Shown here: piece by piece, positions 10,934 to 20,996 of the stretch
Position numbering within the stretch: the first letter of the stretch is position 1
Layout of the letters: every line of letters starts with the position of its first letter
Origin: a virus
Taxonomy: Duplodnaviria > Caudoviricetes
Reading direction: 5' to 3' (one strand)
IMG/VR virus record: IMGVR_UViG_3300032177_000010
Location: 1,135 to 65,134 of that record
DNA: 64,000 nucleotides
Notes under the pieces: model-generated
What the model was told of the DNA's origin: nothing
The model's input: the letters and a program-made list of their open reading frames with translations, nothing else
The model's database searches: none
Made by a program: the position numbers and the translations under genes

Positions 10934-11644
10934 CTAGTTTTTTAGTTCTTCTGGATTTAACTCCAATGATTGGTAGGCATTTCTTAGTTGGAACTTAACT
11001 GTAGAGTGTTGGTTCATATATTCGTCCTTATCTTTATAGGCACGAATCCTACATTCCTTATCTGTGTACGTTCCTCTAAATACTTTTTGATCTAGTATTT
11101 CCTCAATAAACGCACTCAATGCCCGTAGGTCTGTAAGAGCCTTACGAGCCTCTAATACTAACTGTTCTCTTTCTACAGTATTTAATCTTTCTTCTAGTTC
11201 TAGTTCCTTAGTTTCTGTAAATTCTTTTATCTTCTTCTGATAATCTAATTCAGATTGTAGTTCTGCCATATCTCTCTTCTCTTGTTCCTCAAGAGTAGGG
11301 GCGTCTGGATCAATAGCAAAATCCTCTGTCTTTGGGATATCTTCTCTATCAATTGCTGACTGGGCCTGAGCATAGAAATCACTTTGCAATGATTGTTTAA
11401 TTAATTCGATTAAATCCTCTTTGGCCCCATCTTCTATAACAGCAATCTCTGCGAAATACTCATCAGACTCAGTATCCCTTAATTCTTTTCTAGTCTTGGC
11501 AGATTCGATACGTCCATGTCTATAGGCTTCAGATAAGTCGTGATCGCCCAATACTCTAATCCATACTGTAGCAGCTACCTCGCCCTTATCGTCTTTAATA
11601 TCTACTTGCTTCTTATATTTAAATAAGTCCTGTATACTTGCCAT
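10934..11644 (-). CDS. Tail assembly chaperone (gpG-like)
   Basis: 236 aa acidic protein between tail tube and tape measure, ending in a slippery heptamer. Confidence 0.8.
   Translation of the reverse strand: MASIQDLFKYKKQVDIKDDKGEVAATVWIRVLGDHDLSEAYRHGRIESAKTRKELRDTESDEYFAEIAVIEDGAKEDLIELIKQSLQSDFYAQAQSAIDREDIPKTEDFAIDPDAPTLEEQEKRDMAELQSELDYQKKIKEFTETKELELEERLNTVEREQLVLEARKALTDLRALSAFIEEILDQKVFRGTYTDKECRIRAYKDKDEYMNQHSTVKFQLRNAYQSLELNPEELKN
10937..10943 (-). other. -1 programmed ribosomal frameshift site A AAA AAC
   Basis: CTA AAA AAC TAG at the end of the chaperone ORF; -1 frame reads ...KLAEGGAITMALATHK into ORF 10644..10913. Confidence 0.8.
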
Positions 11645-11661
11645 GCCTTTTCCTCCATGAA

Positions 11662-11700
11662 TAAATAAAAATGGGGAGGGGCGCGAACGCCCACTCCCCT
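11662..11700 (-). terminator. Intrinsic terminator after major tail gene
   Basis: GGGGAGTGGGCG-TTCG-CGCCCCTCCCC followed by ATTTTTATTT on minus strand. Confidence 0.8.
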
Positions 11701-11746
11701 TTAGAGTTTAATTGTAATTAAACTTCCCGATATGCGAAACTTAATC

Positions 11747-12937
11747 TCACCACGGTCCTGCGCCAGAAGCAATGTATAGGTCGCCTGTTGTTGACTCCCA
11801 TGCAAATGTTTCTGTCATTGACTGATTGACTGAAGACGAATCTCCTTCACTTGTAATTGTAATTGACGGTACGTAGTAAGTAAGAAGTACCTGAGCCGTA
11901 TTTCTTGGGTCTTTTAGTTGGACCTTAAGCGGCAGATTATTCTTAGCGTACTCCATATCTGTTTCATCGGCAGTTGTTGGCTGTCCTGTTAGGAGGTTAA
12001 CCAGATCGTTGTCTGTCTTTAGAACAGATACATCACCTGTTACGTTAGGTACTCCTAGTTCTGTTCCAACCGGCTTTCCTAGTCCACCCAGTTCATAGAT
12101 GTTCTCTACGTCATAGGCCAGTCTGATTGTCGCACTCTGCGCTCTAGGAATAGTGCTTACTGAAATAACTAGTGGTACATACTTGCCCTGAACGGCTGCT
12201 GGATCAACATCATTAAGCGCTTCGAAAGTCTTAGCGGTTGTACTTGTATATGTTACCCAAACCGTATCACCTGTAGATGTTCCTGCGCCCGTAAAGGTAA
12301 CGTTAGAACCAGTTACACTAAAGTCTACTCCCTCGTCTAGATAGACTGAAGAACCCGCAGAAGTTGTTCTGTAGGCACTTAGAACATATCCAGAAGTTAC
12401 TGGTAGCCATACTGGCGCTTGTGCAAGCGCTTGTACTTGATTTCCAGAGCCTAGTGTAAAGTTCTCATAGTAGACAGGATTTCTTAATTCCTTCTTACTA
12501 TTTGCTGTTACTGTATACGTTACTGTAGAATTATCTCGGACACCAAACGAAGCATCCATTCCTGTAATTGTTCCACGCTTTACATAGAGAGCATTAACAA
12601 TTCCAAGTGTGCTGGAATCTCTGATTTGTCCGATAACGTCAACACTCTTTAGTTCGGTAATAGAAATTCCCGAAGGTGTTGGAAATGTTGACGGAGTATA
12701 TCCTGTAAGATAAGAAATTGTTCGGTGCGAAACATCGAACGCCTCTACTGTTACAGTTACTTCTGGTGTTTGCTGTGTCTTGCCTACGTGTAACTTTCGA
12801 CCTAATTCATCGATAGTCTCTGTAGGTAGGTTTAGGGGCCAATCAAATCGCTGAACGCGTGCTACTGCAAGTAGTCCTTTAGGCGTAGCTAATTGCGGCT
12901 GAATGTCCCGACTGTGTACTCTTGGTCGTCGTGCCAT
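11747..12937 (-). CDS. Major tail tube protein
   Basis: 396 aa, Thr/Ser/Val-rich beta protein, strong RBS, followed by terminator and chaperones. Confidence 0.75.
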   Translation of the reverse strand: MARRPRVHSRDIQPQLATPKGLLAVARVQRFDWPLNLPTETIDELGRKLHVGKTQQTPEVTVTVEAFDVSHRTISYLTGYTPSTFPTPSGISITELKSVDVIGQIRDSSTLGIVNALYVKRGTITGMDASFGVRDNSTVTYTVTANSKKELRNPVYYENFTLGSGNQVQALAQAPVWLPVTSGYVLSAYRTTSAGSSVYLDEGVDFSVTGSNVTFTGAGTSTGDTVWVTYTSTTAKTFEALNDVDPAAVQGKYVPLVISVSTIPRAQSATIRLAYDVENIYELGGLGKPVGTELGVPNVTGDVSVLKTDNDLVNLLTGQPTTADETDMEYAKNNLPLKVQLKDPRNTAQVLLTYYVPSITITSEGDSSSVNQSMTETFAWESTTGDLYIASGAGPW

Positions 12938-13017
12938 TGTGACTCTTCCTCCTTTGTATAATTATAAAAGATTAAACCTTTTCCTTTCCTAAAGAGTCCG
13001 CCCGTATGTGTGTCGGA

Positions 13018-13467
13018 CTACTCATAATAATATGCATGATATGTAACTCTAATTATTGCCCGCCATCTAATAATCTTCGGTTTATTCATTATTGGGGGCA
13101 CGGTTTGCCAAGATATTGATGCAGAATCAGATGTAAGCGTACCTAATTCGGTACTATTTTGGTCCTTTATAGGTATTACTGTTAATTCTATAAACTCTGC
13201 TATCGCTTCCGAGATGGCATCTGCCCTTGGCTCACTTTCCATGTAACAGTCTATCTGTACTACTCGATTAATACTATTAGTATTATCGCGCCCTAACTGT
13301 AGCCCCTTGAAATTAGATGGTAGAAAGTGTGTAGCTACACACGGTACTACAATTGCTTCATCATGAAGAAATCCCTCTTCAAAATTTACGCCGTTCCAGC
13401 CTTGAGTGGCTAGATATGAAGCCAGTTCATTTCTAACTGATCGGCGCTCTAGATATATATTTGACAT
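13018..13467 (-). CDS. Putative tail terminator/completion protein
   Basis: 149 aa immediately upstream of tail tube; 'VQIDCY' strand; synteny. Confidence 0.6.
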   Translation of the reverse strand: MSNIYLERRSVRNELASYLATQGWNGVNFEEGFLHDEAIVVPCVATHFLPSNFKGLQLGRDNTNSINRVVQIDCYMESEPRADAISEAIAEFIELTVIPIKDQNSTELGTLTSDSASISWQTVPPIMNKPKIIRWRAIIRVTYHAYYYE

Positions 13468-13474
13468 ATTTTAC

Positions 13475-14176
13475 TTACCTCTTAGCCCACCGTTGCGGGA
13501 AGTGTGCCTTTGGATCACGAACATTATAGAACGCCTGACCACTAGGCTTAATTCCAAGACCTTGATCTGCCTTAATAACCGCCAACTGCATTGATGCTTC
13601 ATACAAGGCTTTTAGTTCTACTTGTGCCCTAAGGGATACTATCTCTGGAAGAGGAGTAGGATTAGAAACCGGCATACCACTGGAACCATTTACTAATACC
13701 CACCATTCGGGGGCCAGCATTCCCCAAGTTTCTATACGATCATAAAGAGTAGTATCGTATAAGAATGTTGGAGCAACGGTATCTTCCCAAAATGCTTCTC
13801 TTACTTTTTGCTCATTCCGAAGGTCTTGTCCTGCGTAGGGAAGTTCTATTCTTTCATTATTCACATCTATAGCATATCTATGGAATCCTTTAGCAAGATC
13901 AGCGTAAGTACCTAACATCGTAAGGTCTACTTCTACCCCACCAGAAATATCGCGTATGGGAGGATTAGCGGCAACAACCTCTAATAGATGATCTATATAT
14001 ATCTCTGGAAATCCCGGTCCAGCCGTTGGCCCAACTTCACGTATAGTTTCTAATAATATTTCCTGCAAAACAGTTTTAGCCTGAAGAAAGAATAAGGCTA
14101 TCGCAGCGTCACCTTCCCATACCATACGGTTTAAAAACATTTTAACATCAGAGAAATCGATTTGATACCCTATCAC
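13475..14176 (-). CDS. Putative neck/tail completion protein
   Basis: 233 aa; synteny only. Confidence 0.4.
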   Translation of the reverse strand: MIGYQIDFSDVKMFLNRMVWEGDAAIALFFLQAKTVLQEILLETIREVGPTAGPGFPEIYIDHLLEVVAANPPIRDISGGVEVDLTMLGTYADLAKGFHRYAIDVNNERIELPYAGQDLRNEQKVREAFWEDTVAPTFLYDTTLYDRIETWGMLAPEWWVLVNGSSGMPVSNPTPLPEIVSLRAQVELKALYEASMQLAVIKADQGLGIKPSGQAFYNVRDPKAHFPQRWAKR

Positions 14177-14188
14177 GACCGATCACCC

Positions 14189-14449
14189 CTACTCTACTTC
14201 TGTTCCGAACCCCATGATAGTATGAACATCGCGGATCATATCATTGAAATGATCTAGGACGATTTTCTTTATGGCCGGAAACTCTTTGGTATCGATACGC
14301 TTCTCTAGCATATCCAACATGAGTTTAATATATACTCTCTTTCTAGATTCTACGTCCTGCGCCGCCTGTACCAACGAAACCCCATTTACCTTATTATAAA
14401 TAAACTGTTGGTCGCAATGCGGGCAAACTACTATATTAGGTTGCTGCAT
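14189..14449 (-). CDS. Hypothetical protein (CPHC motif)
   Basis: 86 aa with RBS AGGAG. Confidence 0.6.
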   Translation of the reverse strand: MQQPNIVVCPHCDQQFIYNKVNGVSLVQAAQDVESRKRVYIKLMLDMLEKRIDTKEFPAIKKIVLDHFNDMIRDVHTIMGFGTEVE

Positions 14450-14469
14450 AATTTTCTCCTTACCTTATC

Positions 14470-14940
14470 CTAGGATTTATCTCCGTAACCTTTTAATATT
14501 ACTTTATATCTATTTATTTCTGCTGCGCCCTCTGGTATGATCTTTATGATTTGTAATTCATGCTCATCTATAATTACCTTGCCCGTCTCTCTGAATGCTG
14601 CCTCTGCTATGGGAAGATATTTATCTTCTATTGTAGCAGTTGCATCCCCGATATAATAGCGCCCACCGGGAGTAGCAGTAATTGCTTGGTCATTAGACCA
14701 TCTAACTCGCGCCAAAACTTCTGTACCTACCTGTGATTCAATCCAGTAGGAACCATTGCATGTGGGACAATTAAAATAGTAAGTGGTGTCATTTACCGTG
14801 TCATAGTATCCAGAGGCCGTACAGAGGCTACACGCCGCTCTGGTGGCAGAATAGAAGGTCACGTTACGTCCTATGCTGTCCCTGACAGAATCAATCTGTT
14901 TCTTGATCCACGTTCTGTTTACCTTAATAACCAATGGCAC
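14470..14940 (-). CDS. Putative head-tail connector/closure protein with Zn motif
   Basis: 156 aa, CxxC...CxxCxG, 'GRNVTF'; neck-module position. Confidence 0.55.
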   Translation of the reverse strand: MPLVIKVNRTWIKKQIDSVRDSIGRNVTFYSATRAACSLCTASGYYDTVNDTTYYFNCPTCNGSYWIESQVGTEVLARVRWSNDQAITATPGGRYYIGDATATIEDKYLPIAEAAFRETGKVIIDEHELQIIKIIPEGAAEINRYKVILKGYGDKS

Positions 14941-14941
14941 A

Positions 14942-15925
14942 TTACTCGCCTCTTATCTTTGCTAGCAAATCTTCAAACTTCTTCTTGCTTGGAGCATAGT
15001 CATAATTGTTCACTAGTTCATCGTATGCATACTCACAGATTATTTTAGTCTGATCAAAATAATTATCCAGAACCATCTGTGCTGCTTCCGTTGCCTCTTC
15101 GACTTGGAACGGCTTGAATGATAAGTCAGGATATAACTCTTCCTGTAGTTCTAATCTATTCGATCCCACAACTGGAATCTTAAAGAACGCTGCTTCTCCT
15201 TGTATCCTACCGGGCGTATTTCTGTCTGCCATACTTATGATGAGTTTGCATCTAGAAAGCCATTCCATGTACGAGTTCATAGTTTCTCGTTTATGAATAT
15301 AAACTCCTTCAAAGTTATCAGCCATATAGGTACAGTACGGCATTAGCTGATGCGGTATAGACAGAAATAGCCCGATAAGGTCTGGATTCTTCCTTCTTAA
15401 CTCTCTAAAGACCAAGAGGTTAGAAATAAAATTCCTGTCATTATCTGCCGCACCCACACCTATCCCTATAAATTCTCTCTTGGAGTCCCGTAGATGACCG
15501 TATTTAGTCTCATACTTTTCTACAGGAAAGGGTAGGCCAGCCTTGATTACAGGGATAGAAGGGACGGCGTTCTTATACCAACTCTCTTCCTCTGAGGTAA
15601 GAGCCATTAAGCCGTCCAAGTATTGTAAATCCTGAATGTAAGCAAGCTGTTTATCGGCTGGCAGCCGACTTATGTGTGTTGATAACGGATGGTCCGATAA
15701 CCCTATCTGTACCACTTCGGGATATCGTTGGCGAATTTCTTTGCTCCAACCAGTCGCATCAATCCACAACGTTCGGATGACAGTAACATAATCTTTTGCT
15801 TCTTCTATTTTTTGTATGAATGGTATGTCCAATAAATCCATCCAAATTCCATTATCATATTGTCCATCGTTCTTCTTGTCGCCATAAAATATTGCTAGAT
15901 CGCCTCTAGTCGGTACCTTTCCCAT
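14942..15925 (-). CDS. Glycosyltransferase, GT-B (GT4-like)
   Basis: C-terminal 'TPGRIQGEAAFFKIPVVGSN' matches the GT4 signature region (E-x7-E-A...PVV variant). Confidence 0.7.
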   Translation of the reverse strand: MGKVPTRGDLAIFYGDKKNDGQYDNGIWMDLLDIPFIQKIEEAKDYVTVIRTLWIDATGWSKEIRQRYPEVVQIGLSDHPLSTHISRLPADKQLAYIQDLQYLDGLMALTSEEESWYKNAVPSIPVIKAGLPFPVEKYETKYGHLRDSKREFIGIGVGAADNDRNFISNLLVFRELRRKNPDLIGLFLSIPHQLMPYCTYMADNFEGVYIHKRETMNSYMEWLSRCKLIISMADRNTPGRIQGEAAFFKIPVVGSNRLELQEELYPDLSFKPFQVEEATEAAQMVLDNYFDQTKIICEYAYDELVNNYDYAPSKKKFEDLLAKIRGE

Positions 15926-15937
15926 TCCCTTGCTCCT

Positions 15938-16588
15938 TTATATTTGTCCGGTAGCGAGTTTATCGCCCCACTTAGACATGAAGTACTCAAACTTATCATT
16001 ATGTATATTTAGTCTTCCCGAAGTTTGACTAACAAGATGTATGTATTCTGCCTTAGGAGAAGATATGATCTTGTATCCTGCTTCTCTTGCTCTAAAGCAG
16101 TAGTCAACCTCTTCACGATATCCCATACCAAAGTTTTCATCGAACACACCTATCTTGTCTATTACTTCTCTCTTTATATACATACATGAACCCTCTATGG
16201 ATTTTTGAATAATTGGTTCAGTAACCTGTTCCCTAAGCGACCTAAAATATTTATGTGCTGAATTACCATCGCTTCCAATATAGATTCCAAAATTATTTAT
16301 ATATTGCCCATCAGGAGATAGAGACTTACCACCAACAATTCCTATTGATGGATCAGAATATGCTAAAGTTTTCATCGCTTCTACAATATCTGTTAAAATA
16401 ATAGTATCATCATTTAATAAGATGATATCATCTGTAATCTTTAACATTAATTCGTTGCACGCTTTAAGCCAACCTATATCATTTTTATATATATATATCT
16501 TAGCATTAGCCACTCTTTCTAATATAGAGTTCATACAATTTACAACTAGCGGTGCTCCAAAGTACGTTGGAATTGCAATAGTTACCAT
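15938..16588 (-). CDS. Glycosyltransferase family 2
   Basis: 'IAIPTY', 'LLNDD', 'GVFDENFGMGYREEVDYCFRAREAG'. Confidence 0.9.
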   Translation of the reverse strand: MVTIAIPTYFGAPLVVNCMNSILERVANAKIYIYKNDIGWLKACNELMLKITDDIILLNDDTIILTDIVEAMKTLAYSDPSIGIVGGKSLSPDGQYINNFGIYIGSDGNSAHKYFRSLREQVTEPIIQKSIEGSCMYIKREVIDKIGVFDENFGMGYREEVDYCFRAREAGYKIISSPKAEYIHLVSQTSGRLNIHNDKFEYFMSKWGDKLATGQI

Positions 16589-16607
16589 ACCTTTACCTCG
16601 TTTAAAG

Positions 16608-17054
16608 TTACATTGTATATAAGAATGCTGAGTAACTTTCTGGATTAATTGAATTATTATATCCCCGTAGCGAAGCTGTCTTTGCTTTCGCTAATCTATA
16701 TATTGGCAGAAACCGTGCCAGTTCTTCAACATCTACTTGAATAGGGTTCTGTCTTCCTTGCTGTGGATCATACGAGAAATCCTGATCCTTAAATCCAGCC
16801 AACTGTAAGTTACCCATCTTGTAGATAATAGACGCCATTAGCACGATAGGACGCTTATCCTTGCTGGCTATAATCTGATCAACAGAGTAAGAATTAGGGG
16901 GAGTATGCCCGACTACATATGTTCTAGACCATCTAAACTGTAATGCTTCTATAGCATCAGCAATATAAGCGGCCAACGTAGAGTCAGTATCCTTTGCGTC
17001 TTGATACTGCCCAAGGTGCCTCTTAAATTGTGGTACTAACTCTAGTAGATTCAT
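16608..17054 (-). CDS. Putative head-tail adaptor
   Basis: 148 aa, 'DTDSTLAAYIADA' helix; synteny after capsid. Confidence 0.55.
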   Translation of the reverse strand: MNLLELVPQFKRHLGQYQDAKDTDSTLAAYIADAIEALQFRWSRTYVVGHTPPNSYSVDQIIASKDKRPIVLMASIIYKMGNLQLAGFKDQDFSYDPQQGRQNPIQVDVEELARFLPIYRLAKAKTASLRGYNNSINPESYSAFLYTM

Positions 17055-17059
17055 AGGGC

Positions 17060-17512
17060 TTAATCACTTCCAACTCCTTCTCCCTGCATTAGTATGGGAG
17101 AAACTTCTGCTAATCTTTCTTCAATCATCTCTAAAACTTTAGCGGAACGCTTCTGTTCCTTAGCAGCCTGATATAACTTTAGTAGGGCAGCATCAGATGA
17201 AATTTCTGTTAACCTCTTCTTAAGAACAAATACATTCTTAACGATTACCGCTGCCTGAGCGTCGTCTATAATATTAGCATTTTCGATATTTAGTTCGGGT
17301 TCTTCAGATTTAACTATTAAACCTTTCTCAATCGAGTACCTATTTGCTAATACAAAGTCTCTCATCTTATCTGTTTCTACGGCTACGTATGGGTAGGCAT
17401 TAGATAAAACCATGCCTACGTTATCCTGTATACTGAACCTTATGCCCACGTTAAATGGTACGTTCTTCTTGTAGTAATTTAATTCTACCATGTCAAAAGC
17501 TCCTTCTAGCAC
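17060..17512 (-). CDS. Hypothetical protein downstream of capsid gene
   Basis: 150 aa ORF (start may be a few codons downstream). Confidence 0.6.
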   Translation of the reverse strand: MLEGAFDMVELNYYKKNVPFNVGIRFSIQDNVGMVLSNAYPYVAVETDKMRDFVLANRYSIEKGLIVKSEEPELNIENANIIDDAQAAVIVKNVFVLKKRLTEISSDAALLKLYQAAKEQKRSAKVLEMIEERLAEVSPILMQGEGVGSD

Positions 17513-17554
17513 CCTAAAGATGCCGATAAATTTAGACGCCTATAGCGCCGCAAT

Positions 17555-17602
17555 ATAAAATAGATGGGGCCACCGGCCATTTGAAATGACCGAATGGCCC
17601 CA
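17555..17602 (-). terminator. Probable terminator after major capsid gene
   Basis: TGGGGCCA...TGGCCCCA long hairpin followed by a T-rich tract on minus strand. Confidence 0.6.
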
Positions 17603-17635
17603 CTTTATTAATATTCAGTTACCCTATACTATGGG

Positions 17636-18634
17636 TCACGGAACGCTCGATGTGCATTTAATCTTAGTAATACCACGCGCATTCCAGATCATCATACCAA
17701 ACTGAATCCATGTTTCATAGTTCCAGTATGGAGGAGTTGGTCGGTTGTCAATGTATTCCTTGAATTGAGGCCCACCGTATGTAATGAATTCTCCTACATT
17801 GTCTCCTACCACAAGAACAAAGTCTGATGGAAGTAGAGGCTTTGGAGGATATTCTGTATTGTCAAATATCTGCTTTAGTCTAATTATATTGCTTACGCCT
17901 CGATAATTCTCTACCGGCTTCGGAGCGTTTCCGAATGGTGATCGGTTATCAAATGTTCCTTCTGGTGTGCCATCTGTCTTTAATAGCCACTCAGTAGGAG
18001 ATGCTGTACCAGCAACAAGTTTATACTGACCAAAGGTTGAAAGTGGTGCTAGTGCTGCCTCGGTTCCGATTATAGCCTTAACTCCACCCGCCCAATAGTT
18101 TGTGTGATCGATAGCATTATCGAGTGCTGTAGATGTTATAGGTCCACTTGCATCGATAAAGTTAGAATAGGCAGAACCCGGAATTGTTAGAGCCGATGCG
18201 TTTGCTACGGTCCAGATATTTCCTAGCGCATTCCATGTTCGTAGCACTAGCTTTTCATTTAGTGCCTTCCCAATATCGCTTCGTACTGCTTCTGGCGTAA
18301 ACGCCGGTCCACCGTGTTCTAATTCTAGTGTGTTGTATTCAGCCTTTGCAGCAAGAATATCAAGGTTAATACTCATAGCCTTGTCTCTTACTGAAATCTG
18401 CTGACCTAGGGTGATCTGGCCGGGAACGATTTGCTGGACATTGTACTTGCCCTTAAATCGCTTTACCAGTATTTCACCAAAATTCATCTGTCTTGTATTC
18501 ATAAACTGACCTACAAGGTCAAATGAAAGATATACAGGATCAACATATTCTGTAATTACTTCTGCAAATGCGTTTCTATCCTTCTTTGCTAATTCAGCAA
18601 GCGCTGTTCGCAGTTCGGGTGTTAATTGCTTCAT
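17636..18634 (-). CDS. Major capsid protein
   Basis: 332 aa after protease/scaffold and decoration genes; strong RBS AAGGAGG; HK97-like C-terminal pattern; terminator downstream. Confidence 0.8.
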   Translation of the reverse strand: MKQLTPELRTALAELAKKDRNAFAEVITEYVDPVYLSFDLVGQFMNTRQMNFGEILVKRFKGKYNVQQIVPGQITLGQQISVRDKAMSINLDILAAKAEYNTLELEHGGPAFTPEAVRSDIGKALNEKLVLRTWNALGNIWTVANASALTIPGSAYSNFIDASGPITSTALDNAIDHTNYWAGGVKAIIGTEAALAPLSTFGQYKLVAGTASPTEWLLKTDGTPEGTFDNRSPFGNAPKPVENYRGVSNIIRLKQIFDNTEYPPKPLLPSDFVLVVGDNVGEFITYGGPQFKEYIDNRPTPPYWNYETWIQFGMMIWNARGITKIKCTSSVP

Positions 18635-18670
18635 CTCTAGTCGTCGCCTCCTTTATTTAGACTTATATCT

Positions 18671-19303
18671 TTATAGTAGTCCATCTACGCCTTTTAGCTT
18701 AACAGTTACAGTTAGGTCTCCAAAGACTTCCTTATCGTAAACTGTTCCGACAGAGCGAGTGCTACCCGGTTGATAGGATAGAACGCCTTCTGTTCCGGTA
18801 CCGAAATCTACATATACTGGTGATCCGATAACATAGTCTGAGAGAACTCCCATATATGCGCCGGAACCATATGTAAATACTCCACCGTCATATACCAAGC
18901 ACTTGTTACCAGATGTTACTGGAAGTCCATAGAGTGCTGGGGGAAGGTCATACTGCTTAATCGCTGCTGGCCAAGGTGTTGAATATGCTAGATCGGGGTC
19001 CATAGTGAATACAGACTCACCCTGATTCTTTGATCCATCACTAAATGGATAAAGTGTTTCTCCGTTTAGTCCCGGCCCATCAAAGTATGGAGCGGGGTTT
19101 AGTGGCTTAGGCCAATCTACCGGGAATACTGCCTTCTCTGATTCTGCCTGTGATCTAGGGAGAGTCATTCGGCCAGTAGTATCTCGGAATGCAAATCGAC
19201 CTCTTGGTGTTTCCTGACTAACTCGGCTACCATCAATATCATTATACTTATTAACTATGAATAATGTCTTAACGGGATTGCCTGTGTTGATTGCGTCTGC
19301 CAT
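18671..19303 (-). CDS. Putative capsid decoration/cement protein
   Basis: 210 aa between scaffold and capsid genes; Gly/Pro-rich beta protein. Confidence 0.55.
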   Translation of the reverse strand: MADAINTGNPVKTLFIVNKYNDIDGSRVSQETPRGRFAFRDTTGRMTLPRSQAESEKAVFPVDWPKPLNPAPYFDGPGLNGETLYPFSDGSKNQGESVFTMDPDLAYSTPWPAAIKQYDLPPALYGLPVTSGNKCLVYDGGVFTYGSGAYMGVLSDYVIGSPVYVDFGTGTEGVLSYQPGSTRSVGTVYDKEVFGDLTVTVKLKGVDGLL

Positions 19304-19331
19304 TTTATACTTCTACCTCCTTTATATAGAC

Positions 19332-19769
19332 TTATGATCGCGCTGCTTCTCTTAGCGCTACACGTAAATCATCCAATGTAATTTCCTTATCCTGATCCGT
19401 TAGATTCGGCTTTGGAATGTCTGTACCTTTACTTGAGGCAGACGCTTCGGCAGCGGGCTTAACAGCCTTTGCTGCAATAAGATCAGATAGATAAGATTCA
19501 AATGTGCTGTCTTCTAGGCTTGCTAAAAATTCTCGCTTCTCTGCGGCCTTTTCAGTATCCTCACTGAATGCAAATCCAGCCTCTACCCACTTTCTTGCTC
19601 TTTCTTCTACTCTCGCGTTCTTTTGAATGGATGTTAATTGTTCTTTAAGTGATCCATTTTCCTCAACGACCGAACTATTTTCTGTCTTTAATACTTCTAG
19701 TGCAGCTTTAGCATCGGCTAATTCTACTCTAACAGAATCTAATATTCTTTGAAGTTCTTCTAGTTCCAC
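19332..19769 (-). CDS. Putative nested scaffold protein from an internal in-frame GTG
   Basis: GGGAGGT-aataaa-GTG in frame at the protease/coiled-coil boundary. Confidence 0.6.
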   Translation of the reverse strand: MELEELQRILDSVRVELADAKAALEVLKTENSSVVEENGSLKEQLTSIQKNARVEERARKWVEAGFAFSEDTEKAAEKREFLASLEDSTFESYLSDLIAAKAVKPAAEASASSKGTDIPKPNLTDQDKEITLDDLRVALREAARS

Positions 19770-20363
19770 TTTATTACCTCCCGTATCTATAGAAGACGCC
19801 TTGGTAAGTTTTAGTAACTCCTCGTCTAATTCCTCGTCAGTTAATCTTTGGTCAGAAGCCAATGCAAGTAATGCTGTTCGCTTACCATACGCGGGATTTC
19901 TAACGAAGGTGGCTGCCTTTGTTATAATTCCTTTAAGCCACTCTATCCCATTCTTTACTATACTATCCGAATACGCTAATTCCCAAGATATACCGGGAGC
20001 GTTACCAGCCTGAAATGCATCTACCAAGTAACTAATTTCATCTGGATATTCGTCTGCATAAAGTGCCGCTGTACCTACTAATCTTTTAGCATCTATATTA
20101 TCTTCAATTTCCATTCCGACTATGTGCCCTATAGGAACAGACCCGGCGTGATTCCCAATCCCTTCCCCAAGATATTTCATCTTTACAGGCATATTAATCG
20201 CAGTAGCAGCAATAGCGGGAAAGTCTTCGAACTCTATTCCCATACCATTTTCGTTGCCTTTATCATCTGCGAAGATGAATTTAGCAATTGTGAGAAATGG
20301 ATTATCCTTCTGCGGCTGAACTTCAATTGAAGATAACACAATTTTTAATGCGGAATTTTTCAT
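19332..20363 (-). CDS. Prohead protease with C-terminal scaffold domain
   Basis: 'NENG', 'H...PIGHI', 'GISWEL', 'VRNPAY' protease-like motifs plus a C-terminal coiled coil. Confidence 0.8.
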   Translation of the reverse strand: MKNSALKIVLSSIEVQPQKDNPFLTIAKFIFADDKGNENGMGIEFEDFPAIAATAINMPVKMKYLGEGIGNHAGSVPIGHIVGMEIEDNIDAKRLVGTAALYADEYPDEISYLVDAFQAGNAPGISWELAYSDSIVKNGIEWLKGIITKAATFVRNPAYGKRTALLALASDQRLTDEELDEELLKLTKASSIDTGGNKVELEELQRILDSVRVELADAKAALEVLKTENSSVVEENGSLKEQLTSIQKNARVEERARKWVEAGFAFSEDTEKAAEKREFLASLEDSTFESYLSDLIAAKAVKPAAEASASSKGTDIPKPNLTDQDKEITLDDLRVALREAARS

Positions 20364-20373
20364 ATTGTCACCC

Positions 20374-20655
20374 CTAAGACAAATTACCTAGCTCTTTAAG
20401 TTTATGGGATTGCGCTACAGTTAGTGTCTCTAGCTCGTCAACCCTAACTCTTAGAGCGTCGATTATCTTGTCCCGTTCTTTAATATACTCTTCCAACTGA
20501 GCCATTTTCTTTTCTTGTGCATCTACAATCTCGGTAAGAGTTTGGACAAGTTTTTCTTGATTAGCGCCTATGCCTAATCTTGATGAACCATATAATCCTA
20601 TTGTGGCGATTAAGAGTGCCCCTAGGGTTCCTATTAATGCAACAACTATTTCCAT
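20374..20655 (-). CDS. Single-TM coiled-coil membrane protein (holin-like?)
   Basis: N-terminal hydrophobic helix followed by a coiled coil. Confidence 0.45.
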   Translation of the reverse strand: MEIVVALIGTLGALLIATIGLYGSSRLGIGANQEKLVQTLTEIVDAQEKKMAQLEEYIKERDKIIDALRVRVDELETLTVAQSHKLKELGNLS

Positions 20656-20729
20656 TGCGGCATCCCCTCCTAGGGCCGTATATAAATCCTATATTAATAT
20701 TTCTTATTATTTAGTAAATGTGGGCGCAC

Positions 20730-20996
20730 TTAGCGTAAAGACTTAAGTTTTAAACTACCAAATATCTTTCTATTAATAATAGTGCTCTTTAATATTACTG
20801 TATAACTAGCCTCATCCCTATCCTCGTATCGTTCAATATCGGACATAAGGATAAGCGCTTTATCGTCCTCCTTATATAAAATGCCCACCGATAAGGTAGG
20901 CATTACGAACGCATCGCTAGGTTTATGTATCATTTGGGAACGTTCAATGTGAATATGATCTTCCCAAAATACTGCTACTATTTTATAACTTTTCAT
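20730..20996 (-). CDS. Hypothetical phage protein (VxWED motif)
   Basis: 88 aa, start overlaps the portal stop codon. Confidence 0.6.
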   Translation of the reverse strand: MKSYKIVAVFWEDHIHIERSQMIHKPSDAFVMPTLSVGILYKEDDKALILMSDIERYEDRDEASYTVILKSTIINRKIFGSLKLKSLR

